DNA from: Methanobacteriota archaeon
GTDB taxonomy: Archaea; Halobacteriota; Bog-38; Methanoflorentales; Methanoflorentaceae
Length of the DNA stretch: 64,000 nucleotides
Reading direction: 5' to 3'
NCBI GenBank assembly: GCA_963719035.1
Contig: CAVRAO010000002.1
Span: forward strand, 192,001 to 256,000
Shown: in pieces, positions 11,025 through 20,871 of the stretch
Layout: each line of letters opens with the position of its first letter
How positions within the stretch are numbered: position 1 is the stretch's first letter
Position numbers and translations under genes: made by a program
Notes under the pieces: generated by a model
Database searches by the model: none
What the model was told of the DNA's origin: nothing
The model's input: only the letters and a program-made list of their open reading frames with translations

Positions 11025-11658
11025 TACGTCACCTCCTTTTTGTTTAGATAACTACCTGTATGCAGATATCATATATAGTTTCGCGCAAGACGTGCATTTT
11101 TTTTCCACATCAAAGACATAAATACGGGTCTTAAGATGGTTGGTCGAACGGTGCTAAGCTGAATTATAGGCTTGTTTTGCTAAAACTCTGCTATTTAGCA
11201 GCGTTGTTAGATGCAGTAGAACTGTGCTCTTGTTCCAACAAGTTAAAATAGTACTTCGTTTGTGGCTAAAGCAGTTGGGAAAAGGCATCCAAAGCCGTGT
11301 GTCTCGCATAGAGCGTGACTACCTCATTTTTGGAGATACGCAGCGCCGCCCCCAACAGTATTCGTTGACAAGCGTAAATAGTGAGGCGGCGACTCTGCGA
11401 GGGGTGCTATTAAGTTATATATTGTTTATCCTATTTAGAAAGACCCATCAGCATCTCAGGCCAACAACACATCGTGGCCATGCTCGTTAAAAGGATTTGA
11501 AGAGAGTCAAGAGGGGCTGAAAGAGAGACGGGTGGTTGAGATAGGATTGCTAAAAGCGAGGAGAGCGCGTGAGCAACGAAATAACCGCAATTGCCAACAG
11601 ATCTAGATGTTAGCAGCAAACGCTAGACTTTTAAGCTCCGTCTCTGACTAAACTAAAG

Positions 11659-12504
11659 ATGAAATGTGAAGTTGGCGATCTACACTTCCAATACGAAATA
11701 CGTGGCGAGGGAATGCCTGTACTGATGATCCACGGCTTTGGCATTGACCGTCACGTTATGACCGGCTGTATGGAGCCTGTTTTTGAAAGCCGCTCTGGAT
11801 GGAAACGCATCTACTTCGACTTACCTGGAATGGGTCGTACGCCGGCGCCTCGCTGGTTAAATAATGCAGATCAGATGCTTGAAGTGATCTTGGCGTTTGT
11901 AAATAAAGTCGTAAATTGTGACTCGTTCTTGGTTGCTGGTGAATCCTATGGAGGTTATCTCGCCAGAGCAATCATTAAATTGATGCCTGAACGTCTCAAA
12001 GGTGCCCTTCTCATTTGCCCTGTCATTGTAGCTGATCGAAAGCGACGCGAACTGCCAAGGCAACAGATATTCGTGAGAGACGAATCTTTCCTAGCAGGTG
12101 TTGAAAATACCGAGTGCAAAAACTTGTTTGAGCGCGTGCTCGTTGTGCAAGATCAAAAGCGCTGGAATCGGTTTACGCAGGACATCATCCCAGGGATGCG
12201 CACAAAAGATCGAGCGTTTCTTGCACAGTTTCAAAAGCATGGGTACAGCCTCTCCTTTGATGTAGACCAACTTGAGCACCCCTTTGATCGACCGTCACTT
12301 ATCCTCTCTGGACGTCAAGATACCTCAGTTGGGTATATTGACTCACTCAAACTAGTTGACAACTTCTCCCGCGGAACGTTTGCAATATTGGATAGAGCCG
12401 GACATGGGCTAGAAGTCGAGCAGGAGACTGTTTTCAACTGCTTAGTCAATGAATGGCTCAATCGTGTAGAAGAAGAAGATCGGGGTTTGTCTGGCTCATC
12501 ATGA
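11659..12504 (+). CDS. Alpha/beta-fold hydrolase
   Basis: HGF, DLPGMG, GESYGG nucleophile elbow, GRQD and AGH catalytic motifs. Confidence 0.9.
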   Translation: MKCEVGDLHFQYEIRGEGMPVLMIHGFGIDRHVMTGCMEPVFESRSGWKRIYFDLPGMGRTPAPRWLNNADQMLEVILAFVNKVVNCDSFLVAGESYGGYLARAIIKLMPERLKGALLICPVIVADRKRRELPRQQIFVRDESFLAGVENTECKNLFERVLVVQDQKRWNRFTQDIIPGMRTKDRAFLAQFQKHGYSLSFDVDQLEHPFDRPSLILSGRQDTSVGYIDSLKLVDNFSRGTFAILDRAGHGLEVEQETVFNCLVNEWLNRVEEEDRGLSGSS

Positions 12505-12899
12505 TCTGTTCCCACCTTGTCGCCTCTTGGCGTCAAGTTGTCCTCGTTCGATCGCTTGCGTATTTCAGTGAATAAAGTATAATGAACAAAGTTGCCAAAG
12601 CTCAAGAGGATAACACGAAAATGCAAAGCGTCAAGCAAAGCAACAACGATTTTGGGTCTCCCACACCGGAAAAAAGACCAGCTTAGTGGGTCACTACAGA
12701 GCGTCAGCCCGCCGCAACAAATATGGTTCGAGGTAGCCCATTGGGCGGGCCCTCGCTCTCCAGCATCGACATATTCAAATATGGACGGTTGTATTTAATG
12801 CTCTTCTGCGCGGTATGAAAGTGTTTCTAAGCGCGAATTAGATATACTCGTAGCTCTCAGGAACGTTCCTAGCAGGATTAGCAGAATCCAACACTCACG

Positions 12900-13264
12900 T
12901 TATTGGGCCGAAGGATCTTGTTGCATAATCCCGAAAAGGTTTCCTTCCGTGTCGGCACAATAAGCGTGGTATCCAACCCCAGGGACGACCGACTTGGTTA
13001 CAACAATGCGCCCTCCCGCGCTGACTACCCTCTGCGTGAACTCATCGATAGAGGGAACGTCCACGGTATTGACTGTCGTTTCGTTCCTCATCCGCTGCCT
13101 TATCGCTCCATTAATGCTGGTCTGGTCGCGATCATCAGTACTGACAAGCCAGTAGTCAACTGGCCCCCCCATTTGTTGATGCGCCAGTCAAAGACGCTCT
13201 CATAAAACGCAGATGCTCTCGTCGGATCGTCCGCGGAGATTTCAAAATGAATAATTTTAGGCAT
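12900..13264 (-). pseudogene. VOC/glyoxalase family protein, frameshifted at a G7 run (13164-13170)
   Basis: [27 protein letters not shown]... from ATG 13264 joins ...GPVDYWLV...DTEGNLFGI if the G7 run is G8. Confidence 0.85.
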
Positions 13265-13552
13265 AGTCTCTCAATTGAAGTTGATAAGTAACTCCATAAA
13301 TATATAGGTCTAGATCTTGCGCAAGTCAAGCTAAGCTTCGCATGGCTCCAATGCTGCAAGCAGTTCGCAACTATCATGCTTGATGAGCTTGCATGCGTCA
13401 GACACTGACGGTTGTGTTGTTCATACAATACTCGCCACAGAGCAAGCATGAGGCGGCTCAAATCAAAAAAAAGATCATGAACATTTGTGCGGTTTTTTCG
13501 AAACCTTGAAGTAGAACAAAGAGACTCGTAGGCATTATTAATAGATTATACT

Positions 13553-13672
13553 ATGGATGAACTGATACTTGGTTTAGTTGTTGGCTCTGTTGTCGCTTTA
13601 TGCCTTGGCATCATCCTTAAGATGGTAGGACAAAACAGGGAACGAAAAAGCAAGACCAAAACACAAAAATGA
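13553..13672 (+). CDS. 39-aa single-TM micro-protein
   Basis: MDELILGLVVGSVVALCLGIILKMVGQNRERKSKTKTQK: hydrophobic helix plus basic tail; AT-rich TTATTAAT just upstream. Confidence 0.55.
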   Translation: MDELILGLVVGSVVALCLGIILKMVGQNRERKSKTKTQK

Positions 13673-13761
13673 CTGCAAACGAGCGATGGATAATCGTAGT
13701 TTCGCTGTTTTTGATGGCCTTCGCTCTAATAGCTGGAATCGGAGCTTTTTGCGCTTTTTAG
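13669..13761 (+). CDS. 30-aa single-TM micro-protein
   Basis: MTANERWIIVVSLFLMAFALIAGIGAFCAF; ATGA overlap with the preceding ORF. Confidence 0.45.
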   Translation: MTANERWIIVVSLFLMAFALIAGIGAFCAF

Positions 13762-13943
13762 TTCTTGAATATTATAAAGTAACCTTGATCTCTTAAAAAC
13801 CGTGCAATTCGAGAAATCGCAACATAGGAAACGTTAAGTCAAAAACAGAATTCAGGTCGTTGTGATTTGGCTAGTTGATGTGGTCAAAAACCCCTCAGTA
13901 CTAAAGCTACTTATGTTGTCCCAGCACACGATGAGTGTTTCTT

Positions 13944-14609
13944 TCACCCAAGACAAGAAAAGGCAGATTCGTGACCGTGGATAATCTTCCAAGTGCGCCC
14001 TTTTTTGTGGAGCACAAGAGTCACACGTTTGCATCCAGGAATATTCGCGTAGGCATCCCACAATCGTGCGACACGAACTTCATAAAAGGCATAAACGAGA
14101 TTGGCATCATCTTCGCTGTGCTCGACCAACGCATACGTCATGTAGCTGTAGTTAGACGCTGCATATTTAAGAGCGTCTTGGATCTCGCGATAGCCTTTGC
14201 GGACTGCATTGTGATCTGTTGAGACATATGTGAGATTCACGCTCGATTCGTCCCACATTGATATTGCCGCATCAGCATCTCCAGCAATAAGCGCTTTACC
14301 GTACAATTGAAGGATTGCTTCGACGCTTTCACACCCATCGGCTGAAGGGTGCAAGTTTGAGCGCTCTCCCTCTGTAATGACGTCCGCAACATCGCTCAAC
14401 GCGGGTCTTTTGCGCGAATTTTCCATTTCGATGAGCTCAAGCACAGTGGCCTTCATATCTAGCAATTCTTTGTTACCAGGATCAATTTTGAGCGCTTTCT
14501 CAACGGCGTCCCGTGCCGCCCTGTAGTCGTTGTTTTGAGTTGCTCGTTGAAATTCTTCGACGTATATGAAAATACGTTGCGAAGTGGAATCTTTTTTGAA
14601 GAGCTTCAT
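13944..14609 (-). CDS. TPR-like N-terminus fused to an NTF2/SnoaL-like domain
   Basis: Y.AA...EKALKIDPGN (TPR-like); C-terminal RVTLVLHKKGRTWKIIHGHES typical of the NTF2/SnoaL fold. Confidence 0.7.
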   Translation of the reverse strand: MKLFKKDSTSQRIFIYVEEFQRATQNNDYRAARDAVEKALKIDPGNKELLDMKATVLELIEMENSRKRPALSDVADVITEGERSNLHPSADGCESVEAILQLYGKALIAGDADAAISMWDESSVNLTYVSTDHNAVRKGYREIQDALKYAASNYSYMTYALVEHSEDDANLVYAFYEVRVARLWDAYANIPGCKRVTLVLHKKGRTWKIIHGHESAFSCLG

Positions 14610-14959
14610 GGTTAGCAGAGAATGTCATTCCCATCGCGCGTAGTTATACTTTAGCTTTGCCGTAAACAAAAGCCTTTTTGTTTGTTAATTAGCGTTTGTT
14701 TAGAGCTTGAGCTACGACAAGCAATATCAAGAAATATCAAAACTATACCAAAACTCTGCCAAAATTACGCCCTTTTGCACCACGATAGGAATGCCAAACA
14801 AAAGGAGATCTGTATATCAAGGGATGTGGGTCTTAGTTTAAACGCAGTAGCCGCATGCGCATGCGTTATTCGAGCTGCTATAATTAGCGTCGATCAATGC
14901 AAGCTTAGCATCGTTTAGCACAATGACAGTTGGACAGTTCGTAGGTTACTACAATCGGA

Positions 14960-16195
14960 TTATGTCACAGAAGGATAGCTCACTCCCGTAAGTTCGCTTG
15001 TTTCGCGCGTGAGAGCGATTAAATCATGTGCATCCAGCCTGTGTACGTCCTCTTTACCCAACGCTCTTGAAATATCGGCAAGTTCTAACGTTGAGACTCG
15101 AATGAAATTTGCGAGCTTCTGGGCCCCCCTTTCAACGTTAAAACGTTTTATAAGCTCGGGATCGTGAGTTGTCGTTCCGGTCGGACACTGGTTAGTCTCA
15201 CAAATGCGATAGTACTCACACGACATTGCCCAAAGTGCAGACGTAGCAATATAGACTGCGTCTGCTCCGAGCGCTAAACATTTGGCGAAATCCCCTGACG
15301 TGCGTAATCCTCCAGCCGCGATGAGATCGACATGCTCGCGATATCCAATCTCGTCAAGATATCGGTGCGCTCGAGGGAGGAAATTAATGATGGGAAGTCC
15401 AAAGTTGTCCCTAATGTGACTTGGGGGGGCCCCACTTCCTCCTCCAAACCCGTCAACGACGAGATAGTCAGGTTCAGCGTAGACAATGATGTCGAGGTCT
15501 TTCTCAATTTGTCCCGCGGCAAACTTGATTCCGATGGGCCGGCCTTCAGTAATATCTCGCAAGGTTTCGATCTTGTGTTTGAGATCTTCAGCGCTATGAA
15601 TATCCGGATGCCGAGCAGGACTTCGAGCATCGCTACCAACAGGAATGCCGCGCGTCTTGGCAATGAGTTCGGTAACTTTTTTAGCAGGAACCAGACTACC
15701 AGTGCTAGGATATGCTGATTGACTTATCCGAAACTCAACCATGTCGGCTTCTTTGAGTCGCTCATTCCAGACGCCGAAGTGTCCGGTCGAATACTGCAGC
15801 GTGACATACTTTGCAAACTCGCGTTCTTCATTGAGCATCCCACCTTCTCCGGTATTCGTCGCTGTTCCTGCGAGCGTTGACGCCTTTGCGAGCGCAATTT
15901 TTTGTTCTTTGTTCAATGCGCCAAAACTCATGCCAGAGATCATAATAGGTGTCTCGAGGTGAATTGGCCTCTTCGAGCTTTTTCCTACAGTGGTGATTGT
16001 TTTGACTGGTTCTTCAGCGTTTAAGGGGAAGTGATGCAGTTGCGCTGGAAGGAAATTGAGCATGTCCAAGCTAGCCGGGACACGCTTCAGTGATCCCATG
16101 CCCTCTCTAAGTGACTTGTTGAGTGCTGCTGTCTTCTTAACATCCAGAATTTTTTTGTAGTCAAAAGGACGCTCGTAATATTCAATCTCTCGCAT
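14960..16195 (-). CDS. FMN-binding glutamate synthase family protein (GltB domain 2)
   Basis: GMSFGAL, NTGEGG, DGFGGGSG, AAGGLR, LGADAV and Cx5Cx4C [3Fe-4S] motif; alternative start at 16249. Confidence 0.9.
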   Translation of the reverse strand: MREIEYYERPFDYKKILDVKKTAALNKSLREGMGSLKRVPASLDMLNFLPAQLHHFPLNAEEPVKTITTVGKSSKRPIHLETPIMISGMSFGALNKEQKIALAKASTLAGTATNTGEGGMLNEEREFAKYVTLQYSTGHFGVWNERLKEADMVEFRISQSAYPSTGSLVPAKKVTELIAKTRGIPVGSDARSPARHPDIHSAEDLKHKIETLRDITEGRPIGIKFAAGQIEKDLDIIVYAEPDYLVVDGFGGGSGAPPSHIRDNFGLPIINFLPRAHRYLDEIGYREHVDLIAAGGLRTSGDFAKCLALGADAVYIATSALWAMSCEYYRICETNQCPTGTTTHDPELIKRFNVERGAQKLANFIRVSTLELADISRALGKEDVHRLDAHDLIALTRETSELTGVSYPSVT

Positions 16196-16351
16196 AAAAA
16201 CCCCCAGTTTAAACGCTTTTATCACTGAAGCTGAGTTATATTTATTCATTTCTAAACGCTATAAACACAGCAACTCTGAGGGGATCGAAGATAGGGAAGT
16301 TTTGAGTCAACGCAGGCACAATTGGCAAGCGGTATCTAGGCATGGCTAGGC

Positions 16352-16768
16352 ATGGCTACACACAGCACGAGACAAAAACGGCTCACTGAGAGCAAACGTC
16401 AGCTCACCAAGCTGCTGGTGGTAGCAGCGCTGATTGAGTACGGACTTCGAATCGATGACATTGATATCGGTGTAGTCACGAAAGACGAGATCGACGAGGC
16501 GGCGGATCTAGCACGACATGGGTCGCTGCACGTGCCTAAAGTCTTGATAAATGTCAAACAGTTAGATCGCTATGAACGCTACGTCGCGGCTTGGTCGCGC
16601 CTATCAATTGAAACGGGCGTTTTAGATGTTCTTGATGAATCTGAAAGCGGTGAGATTTTAGTAGGCTTGCCTCAGGGCGCAGCTAAACGATGCATCGTTT
16701 TTCCGAGCGCGATTGAGAGAGAGTTTCAAGAGCTACAGCGATTTTTATCTCAAGCAGTAGGCGGGTAG
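16352..16768 (+). CDS. Hypothetical protein
   Basis: 138-aa ORF with protein-like composition; no motif recognised. Confidence 0.6.
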   Translation: MATHSTRQKRLTESKRQLTKLLVVAALIEYGLRIDDIDIGVVTKDEIDEAADLARHGSLHVPKVLINVKQLDRYERYVAAWSRLSIETGVLDVLDESESGEILVGLPQGAAKRCIVFPSAIEREFQELQRFLSQAVGG

Positions 16769-16914
16769 TTGCGCTGTATTAGCTTTGATGTCGATCTGAA
16801 GACTATCGAGCTCTCACAATTTTGCAGCTCTCTATATTTACGACGGTGCATATGTAAGGTTGCCCGGCTTTGATTACAGAAAGCTTTATCTCAATCGCAC
16901 TCTTCGTAGCGAGC

Positions 16915-17370
16915 GTGCGGAAGACGATTACATTGACGCTTTGCATAGTGCTATTCTGTTGCTTCGTCAGTGGCTGCGTGGGCAACACGTCCAATCAGAA
17001 TGGAAGCAGCCAAGGATCGAGCAGTTTGAAAGCGTCGGAAATCTCATTGGATTCGGCATCGGCCGCGTTGGGTGAGCCAGTTTCATCAAAAGCGGTCTTG
17101 AAGGACAGTGGTGGAAGTGCATTAAACGGTAAGGTCGTCGAATGGTTTATAGATGGAAAATCGGTGGGCAAAAGTCAAATGAAAAACGACGCTACAACGC
17201 TCAGCTTGACCGGAGAGTACACCGATAACTTGGGCCTTAAAACCCATCAGCTGCAGGTGAATTTTTACGGCGACGCCACCTATAAGAGCAGCACAGCGAC
17301 TTCTTTTCTAAATATTACAGCGACTGGTGTGTCATATGAATCTGTTGTAACCGCTTCCGTTGAGCGCTAG
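16915..17370 (+). CDS. Putative lipoprotein with one Ig-like domain
   Basis: Basic N-terminus, hydrophobic core, VSGC lipobox, Ser-rich linker; FYGDATYKSS Ig-like motif; GTG start chosen from the upstream TATA-like element. Confidence 0.7.
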   Translation: MRKTITLTLCIVLFCCFVSGCVGNTSNQNGSSQGSSSLKASEISLDSASAALGEPVSSKAVLKDSGGSALNGKVVEWFIDGKSVGKSQMKNDATTLSLTGEYTDNLGLKTHQLQVNFYGDATYKSSTATSFLNITATGVSYESVVTASVER

Positions 17371-17616
17371 CTACGATTCCAAGTTCAGAGGAGGAGTGAC
17401 TCTATACTTTGACTTTAATAAGCTCTCCACTTTAATCAAAGCAATTTATAAAGCGCCATTGCAAAAGAAACGGTTTTTGCAGTGGAAAAAGCAGATATTG
17501 ATATAATCAAAACACTGTTAGTCGACAATCGGTGAACAAAAGCTTAAAAAAGTAAAGATCAATGCCCAGTCAAGCTACTAAGTGTCACACGGATAATCTC
17601 CGCGCATCGTCGACCT

Positions 17617-17754
17617 TTAATCGATCTTAGTCTCGTTTACGTACCTGGAAAAGTTTGGGTTCTTAAGGTCGATAATATCGAGGAAATTTTCAAAATCTTC
17701 TTCTTGTTCAAGCCCAAAGAGCTCGGTCTCAAAGGTCGATGCTTGACAGTTCAT
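17617..17754 (-). CDS. 45-aa acidic micro-protein
   Basis: MNCQASTFETELFGLEQEEDFENFLDIIDLKNPNFSRYVNETKID; TTTAAATA box with purine-rich BRE-like run about 25 nt upstream. Confidence 0.45.
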   Translation of the reverse strand: MNCQASTFETELFGLEQEEDFENFLDIIDLKNPNFSRYVNETKID

Positions 17755-18009
17755 TTCTCGTAATAGACTTGTAGCTCCTATTTAAACCTTGTCTTTTGCG
17801 CTGTAAACAAAAAAAGGCGCTGAAGTCTCTACATCGACTTAGTCTGCGTTAGAGCGAGCCAATAGTACCTAGTCTTGCTCCAATGGAAACCCTGCGATAG
17901 GGGATAAAAAGCAGCTCACACGTGCAGAAGCAGTTTAAAATGTAAGAGCAACAGTTTCCGGCCAGCTTTTGTGCAGAGTGTTATATACAAAGCGCATAGG
18001 TCTTGCTTG

Positions 18010-18300
18010 ATGAACCCTGAGATTGACCTTAATCAACTACTCGAAGAGTTTTTAAGCTTTGAAAAATATGTAGAGGATTCTAGACAGTTCGAAAGCGCAG
18101 TCGCCGCACCATCGCTCTCAGACGATAGGCTACTTTTAGAGCGAGACTGGCAAAGATTCGTCATCTACAAGTACCATAAAGCAGGGGTACAGGACGGTTT
18201 GCAGGATGCGATGCGTGACGGTTACATCTTACTGCTCGAAAGGCTAAAGGCGGTGGCTCAGCAAGCCGGTATAGACGTAAGTGGGCCCGATAGCGATTGA
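18010..18300 (+). CDS. Hypothetical helical protein
   Basis: ORF preceded by TTATATAC at about 17981; no motif recognised. Confidence 0.6.
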   Translation: MNPEIDLNQLLEEFLSFEKYVEDSRQFESAVAAPSLSDDRLLLERDWQRFVIYKYHKAGVQDGLQDAMRDGYILLLERLKAVAQQAGIDVSGPDSD

Positions 18301-18484
18301 CACGATAAGTAGCCGCACTTTATGATATTAGGAATGGATTTGATGTGCCGCTTTTTTTGAGCTTTTGCAAGTGCGAGCTCGCGCTATCCCGGGTTTTGCT
18401 TCGGTTGTTTATGCTAGAATTGGCTTACAGCTAAATACATAACGATTCTATGACGTACAACGATTTTCGATCGAGGCAAACCGA

Positions 18485-18847
18485 ATGAATATAAAAAGAG
18501 TCCACTCTAGCTTCAAGGCTGTCGTTTCGGAAGCGAAAAGTGAGCTGAAGAGTCACGCGTCGCTCTTTTGTGCCGATCGTGGCTATTATGTCGATGATTT
18601 AACGCTTTTTTTCGACGATACTGGGCTTATGCCTGGAGTTCGCGTTGCGTTGCAGCCTACGTTAAGCTATGATCAGCAAGCGCTTACAGAGCTCGAAGTG
18701 GCGCTCGAGGATGACCTTAACAACATCGTTTTCGATTATGCGTACAACGCTCGACATAAAATAAGTGCTGAGGATTCGATAACGGTTTGGGCCATTGCGC
18801 ATATTAGCGAGTGTATGCCGCAGCTTGTGACCGCGTCTCAAAATTAA
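18485..18847 (+). CDS. Hypothetical protein
   Basis: 120-aa ORF with GAGG upstream; no motif recognised. Confidence 0.6.
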   Translation: MNIKRVHSSFKAVVSEAKSELKSHASLFCADRGYYVDDLTLFFDDTGLMPGVRVALQPTLSYDQQALTELEVALEDDLNNIVFDYAYNARHKISAEDSITVWAIAHISECMPQLVTASQN

Positions 18848-19061
18848 TGGCTTCCGGTGTGAAATCAAAAGCTACGCGACGCGATCTAAGCGTATCAGTT
18901 AACAAATTCAAACATTGCTTACATTTTTTATTTCACACCGCGTTTTCAGATTTTAGTGCGCTGGCCAGCGTGACAAGCTACGGTCATTTGGACGGTCAAA
19001 ATAAGATACAAAGATTTTGCAATGCAGTGATTAGCGGTCAAAGTATGTAGCACCCACTCTG

Positions 19062-19481
19062 CTACTTCGCTAGCGCTTCAGTATCAAAGTTGCTTGATCG
19101 GTCGACGATATCAACTGGCTTTAGCACCCAAACGCCGTCGAGATCAACATAACGGGCCCGTAACTCGTCGAGAAACTTCTCGTAGAGGGGGCCGGAGGTT
19201 TGAAATTCTCTGACGCTGCAGACAATTTGATAGGCGGTTCGCTGCTCTTCTTTTACTGAGACACAGAGGATCGATACTAAGCTACCTTTGTCCATATGGC
19301 CGAGGAGCTCTTTGTTTAGTTGTTTTGCTTCAACTTGTGCAAGAACTATAATGCTTGACTTCGGCACCTTAATAGCTTTAACGTTCGTTAAACTCGTTTT
19401 TCCGTCAGCGGCAACGGTTACGAGTGTCTTTTCGGTGTCGCTATCGTTGAGCAACCCTATTACGATGTCAGGAAGATCCAT
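19062..19481 (-). CDS. Divergent pyridoxamine 5'-phosphate oxidase-like (split barrel) protein
   Basis: K.LVTV..DG, AYQI, F.TSGPLYE pattern of the FMN-binding split-barrel family. Confidence 0.6.
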   Translation of the reverse strand: MDLPDIVIGLLNDSDTEKTLVTVAADGKTSLTNVKAIKVPKSSIIVLAQVEAKQLNKELLGHMDKGSLVSILCVSVKEEQRTAYQIVCSVREFQTSGPLYEKFLDELRARYVDLDGVWVLKPVDIVDRSSNFDTEALAK

Positions 19482-19514
19482 ATTATTAGGGGGTGCAGAG
19501 AGCGTTAACTAACG

Positions 19515-19748
19515 CTAGTCGCGGTCTAATTCAGAAACGAATAACACGTTGTTTCCACGGAGTATAAGTTTTCCAAGCGGCACGCGCCTATGGTTCCTAC
19601 ATTCCTCAGCTTCAGCAAGCGATATGTTCCAGTGAGGGTCATAACCTAAAAACGTCCCTTTGACCACTTGTGCGCCTTTTAAGCGTATGGAAACGTTCTT
19701 CCCTATATTGCGGGACAATACGTCAAAAGGTCGTTTGGTTTGTGTCAT
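19515..19748 (-). CDS. Sm-like archaeal protein (SmAP/LSm)
   Basis: RP.DVL, Sm1 motif G...GYDPHWN..L and Sm2 motif LRGNNV. Confidence 0.9.
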   Translation of the reverse strand: MTQTKRPFDVLSRNIGKNVSIRLKGAQVVKGTFLGYDPHWNISLAEAEECRNHRRVPLGKLILRGNNVLFVSELDRD

Positions 19749-19887
19749 ACTTGTTTAAAACTGCTTGTCGTTCCAGGCTATGCCGGCTCATTTAGCCAAC
19801 TACAACTCGGTGTTCACCTAGATAAAGGATATGACTTATAAGAAATTTCACAATCTTTATCATTTGAAAATAAGACTATAGTACGTA

Positions 19888-20643
19888 ATGCGCAAACTCT
19901 TAGCCGTCGTAGCTGTAATTTTAATTGCAACTATTACAGTAGGATGCTTAGATCAAGCGCGTGAGAATCCCACGGTCTCTGCTGCTGCCACCAGTACGCT
20001 TAAATTGACTGCTCCAGCCGTGGTAAATCGCAGCGAGTACGCGACATTTACATGCCAACTTAACATGACGCGTGGTTCGGGTTTGGATAACAAAGAGATC
20101 CGCTGGGCGATCGACAACGTTTACAAAGAGACTTCGCAAACCATTTGGGGATTTGCAGCGCTTAACTTGACACTGAATCAGACCCAAGATATGACAATTG
20201 GCAAACATGTGATAACTGCTACCTTTGCTGGCGATTATGATTTTGCCGGCTCGAATGCAACAACGACGTTCTCGGTACAGACCGCAGCTACGCCAACTCC
20301 GAGAACCGCGACCGCCCGTCCGGACGCAGAAAAACCCTCAATATCGCTCAGCGTACCCGTCAACGGTGTGAGTATGGGCAGCGCGCACCTTACCGGCACG
20401 TTTTCGGGACTATTAAGTAACCAGAACCCCTACGTCTTGGTGAGACAAGCCGGGGCCGACAAGTGGACTGTATACGCTCCCCTGCTTGAGGCTAGCGGAA
20501 AGTACAGCGTTGACGTGAGCTTCACGGCAAAAGGTAACGCTGATCTGGTCGCAATTATCACGACAAACACGCTTAACTTGGGGGACGTGAAGGATCTCCC
20601 GAAGACGCTTGCAGAAAGTCGCGTTTCAACGACGGTAAAGTGA
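19888..20643 (+). CDS. Putative lipoprotein with Ig-like domains
   Basis: MRK + hydrophobic core + TVGC lipobox; FAGDYDFAGS motif; Thr/Pro-rich linker. Confidence 0.75.
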   Translation: MRKLLAVVAVILIATITVGCLDQARENPTVSAAATSTLKLTAPAVVNRSEYATFTCQLNMTRGSGLDNKEIRWAIDNVYKETSQTIWGFAALNLTLNQTQDMTIGKHVITATFAGDYDFAGSNATTTFSVQTAATPTPRTATARPDAEKPSISLSVPVNGVSMGSAHLTGTFSGLLSNQNPYVLVRQAGADKWTVYAPLLEASGKYSVDVSFTAKGNADLVAIITTNTLNLGDVKDLPKTLAESRVSTTVK

Positions 20644-20805
20644 AGCTACTCGCTGCTTTAGCTGCTTGGGCTCTCTTCTTAAAGGCACAGCAGTTTGTGC
20701 GGCTGTGGCTCCCGCCCATTTTGCTGACGCTGCGGGCTCCTTGTCTTTTCTAGCGACTACTTTCAACATCACAAAATATAAGTAAAAACAGCGCGAGCAT
20801 AGGAC

Positions 20806-20820
20806 ATCATTAATAATGAT
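20806..20820. promoter_or_regulatory. 7-1-7 palindrome upstream of acs (candidate operator)
   Basis: ATCATTA-A-TAATGAT perfect inverted repeat about 50 nt before the start codon. Confidence 0.4.
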
Positions 20821-20871
20821 AATTGTATAGTTAGACCCTTTGTGGCTGACTGAAGGTGGTCGTTAAAAGAG

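Noticed and set aside
14852-14865. Perfect palindrome CGCATGCGCATGCG
   Set aside because: Low-complexity alternating sequence, single occurrence, not at a clear promoter position.
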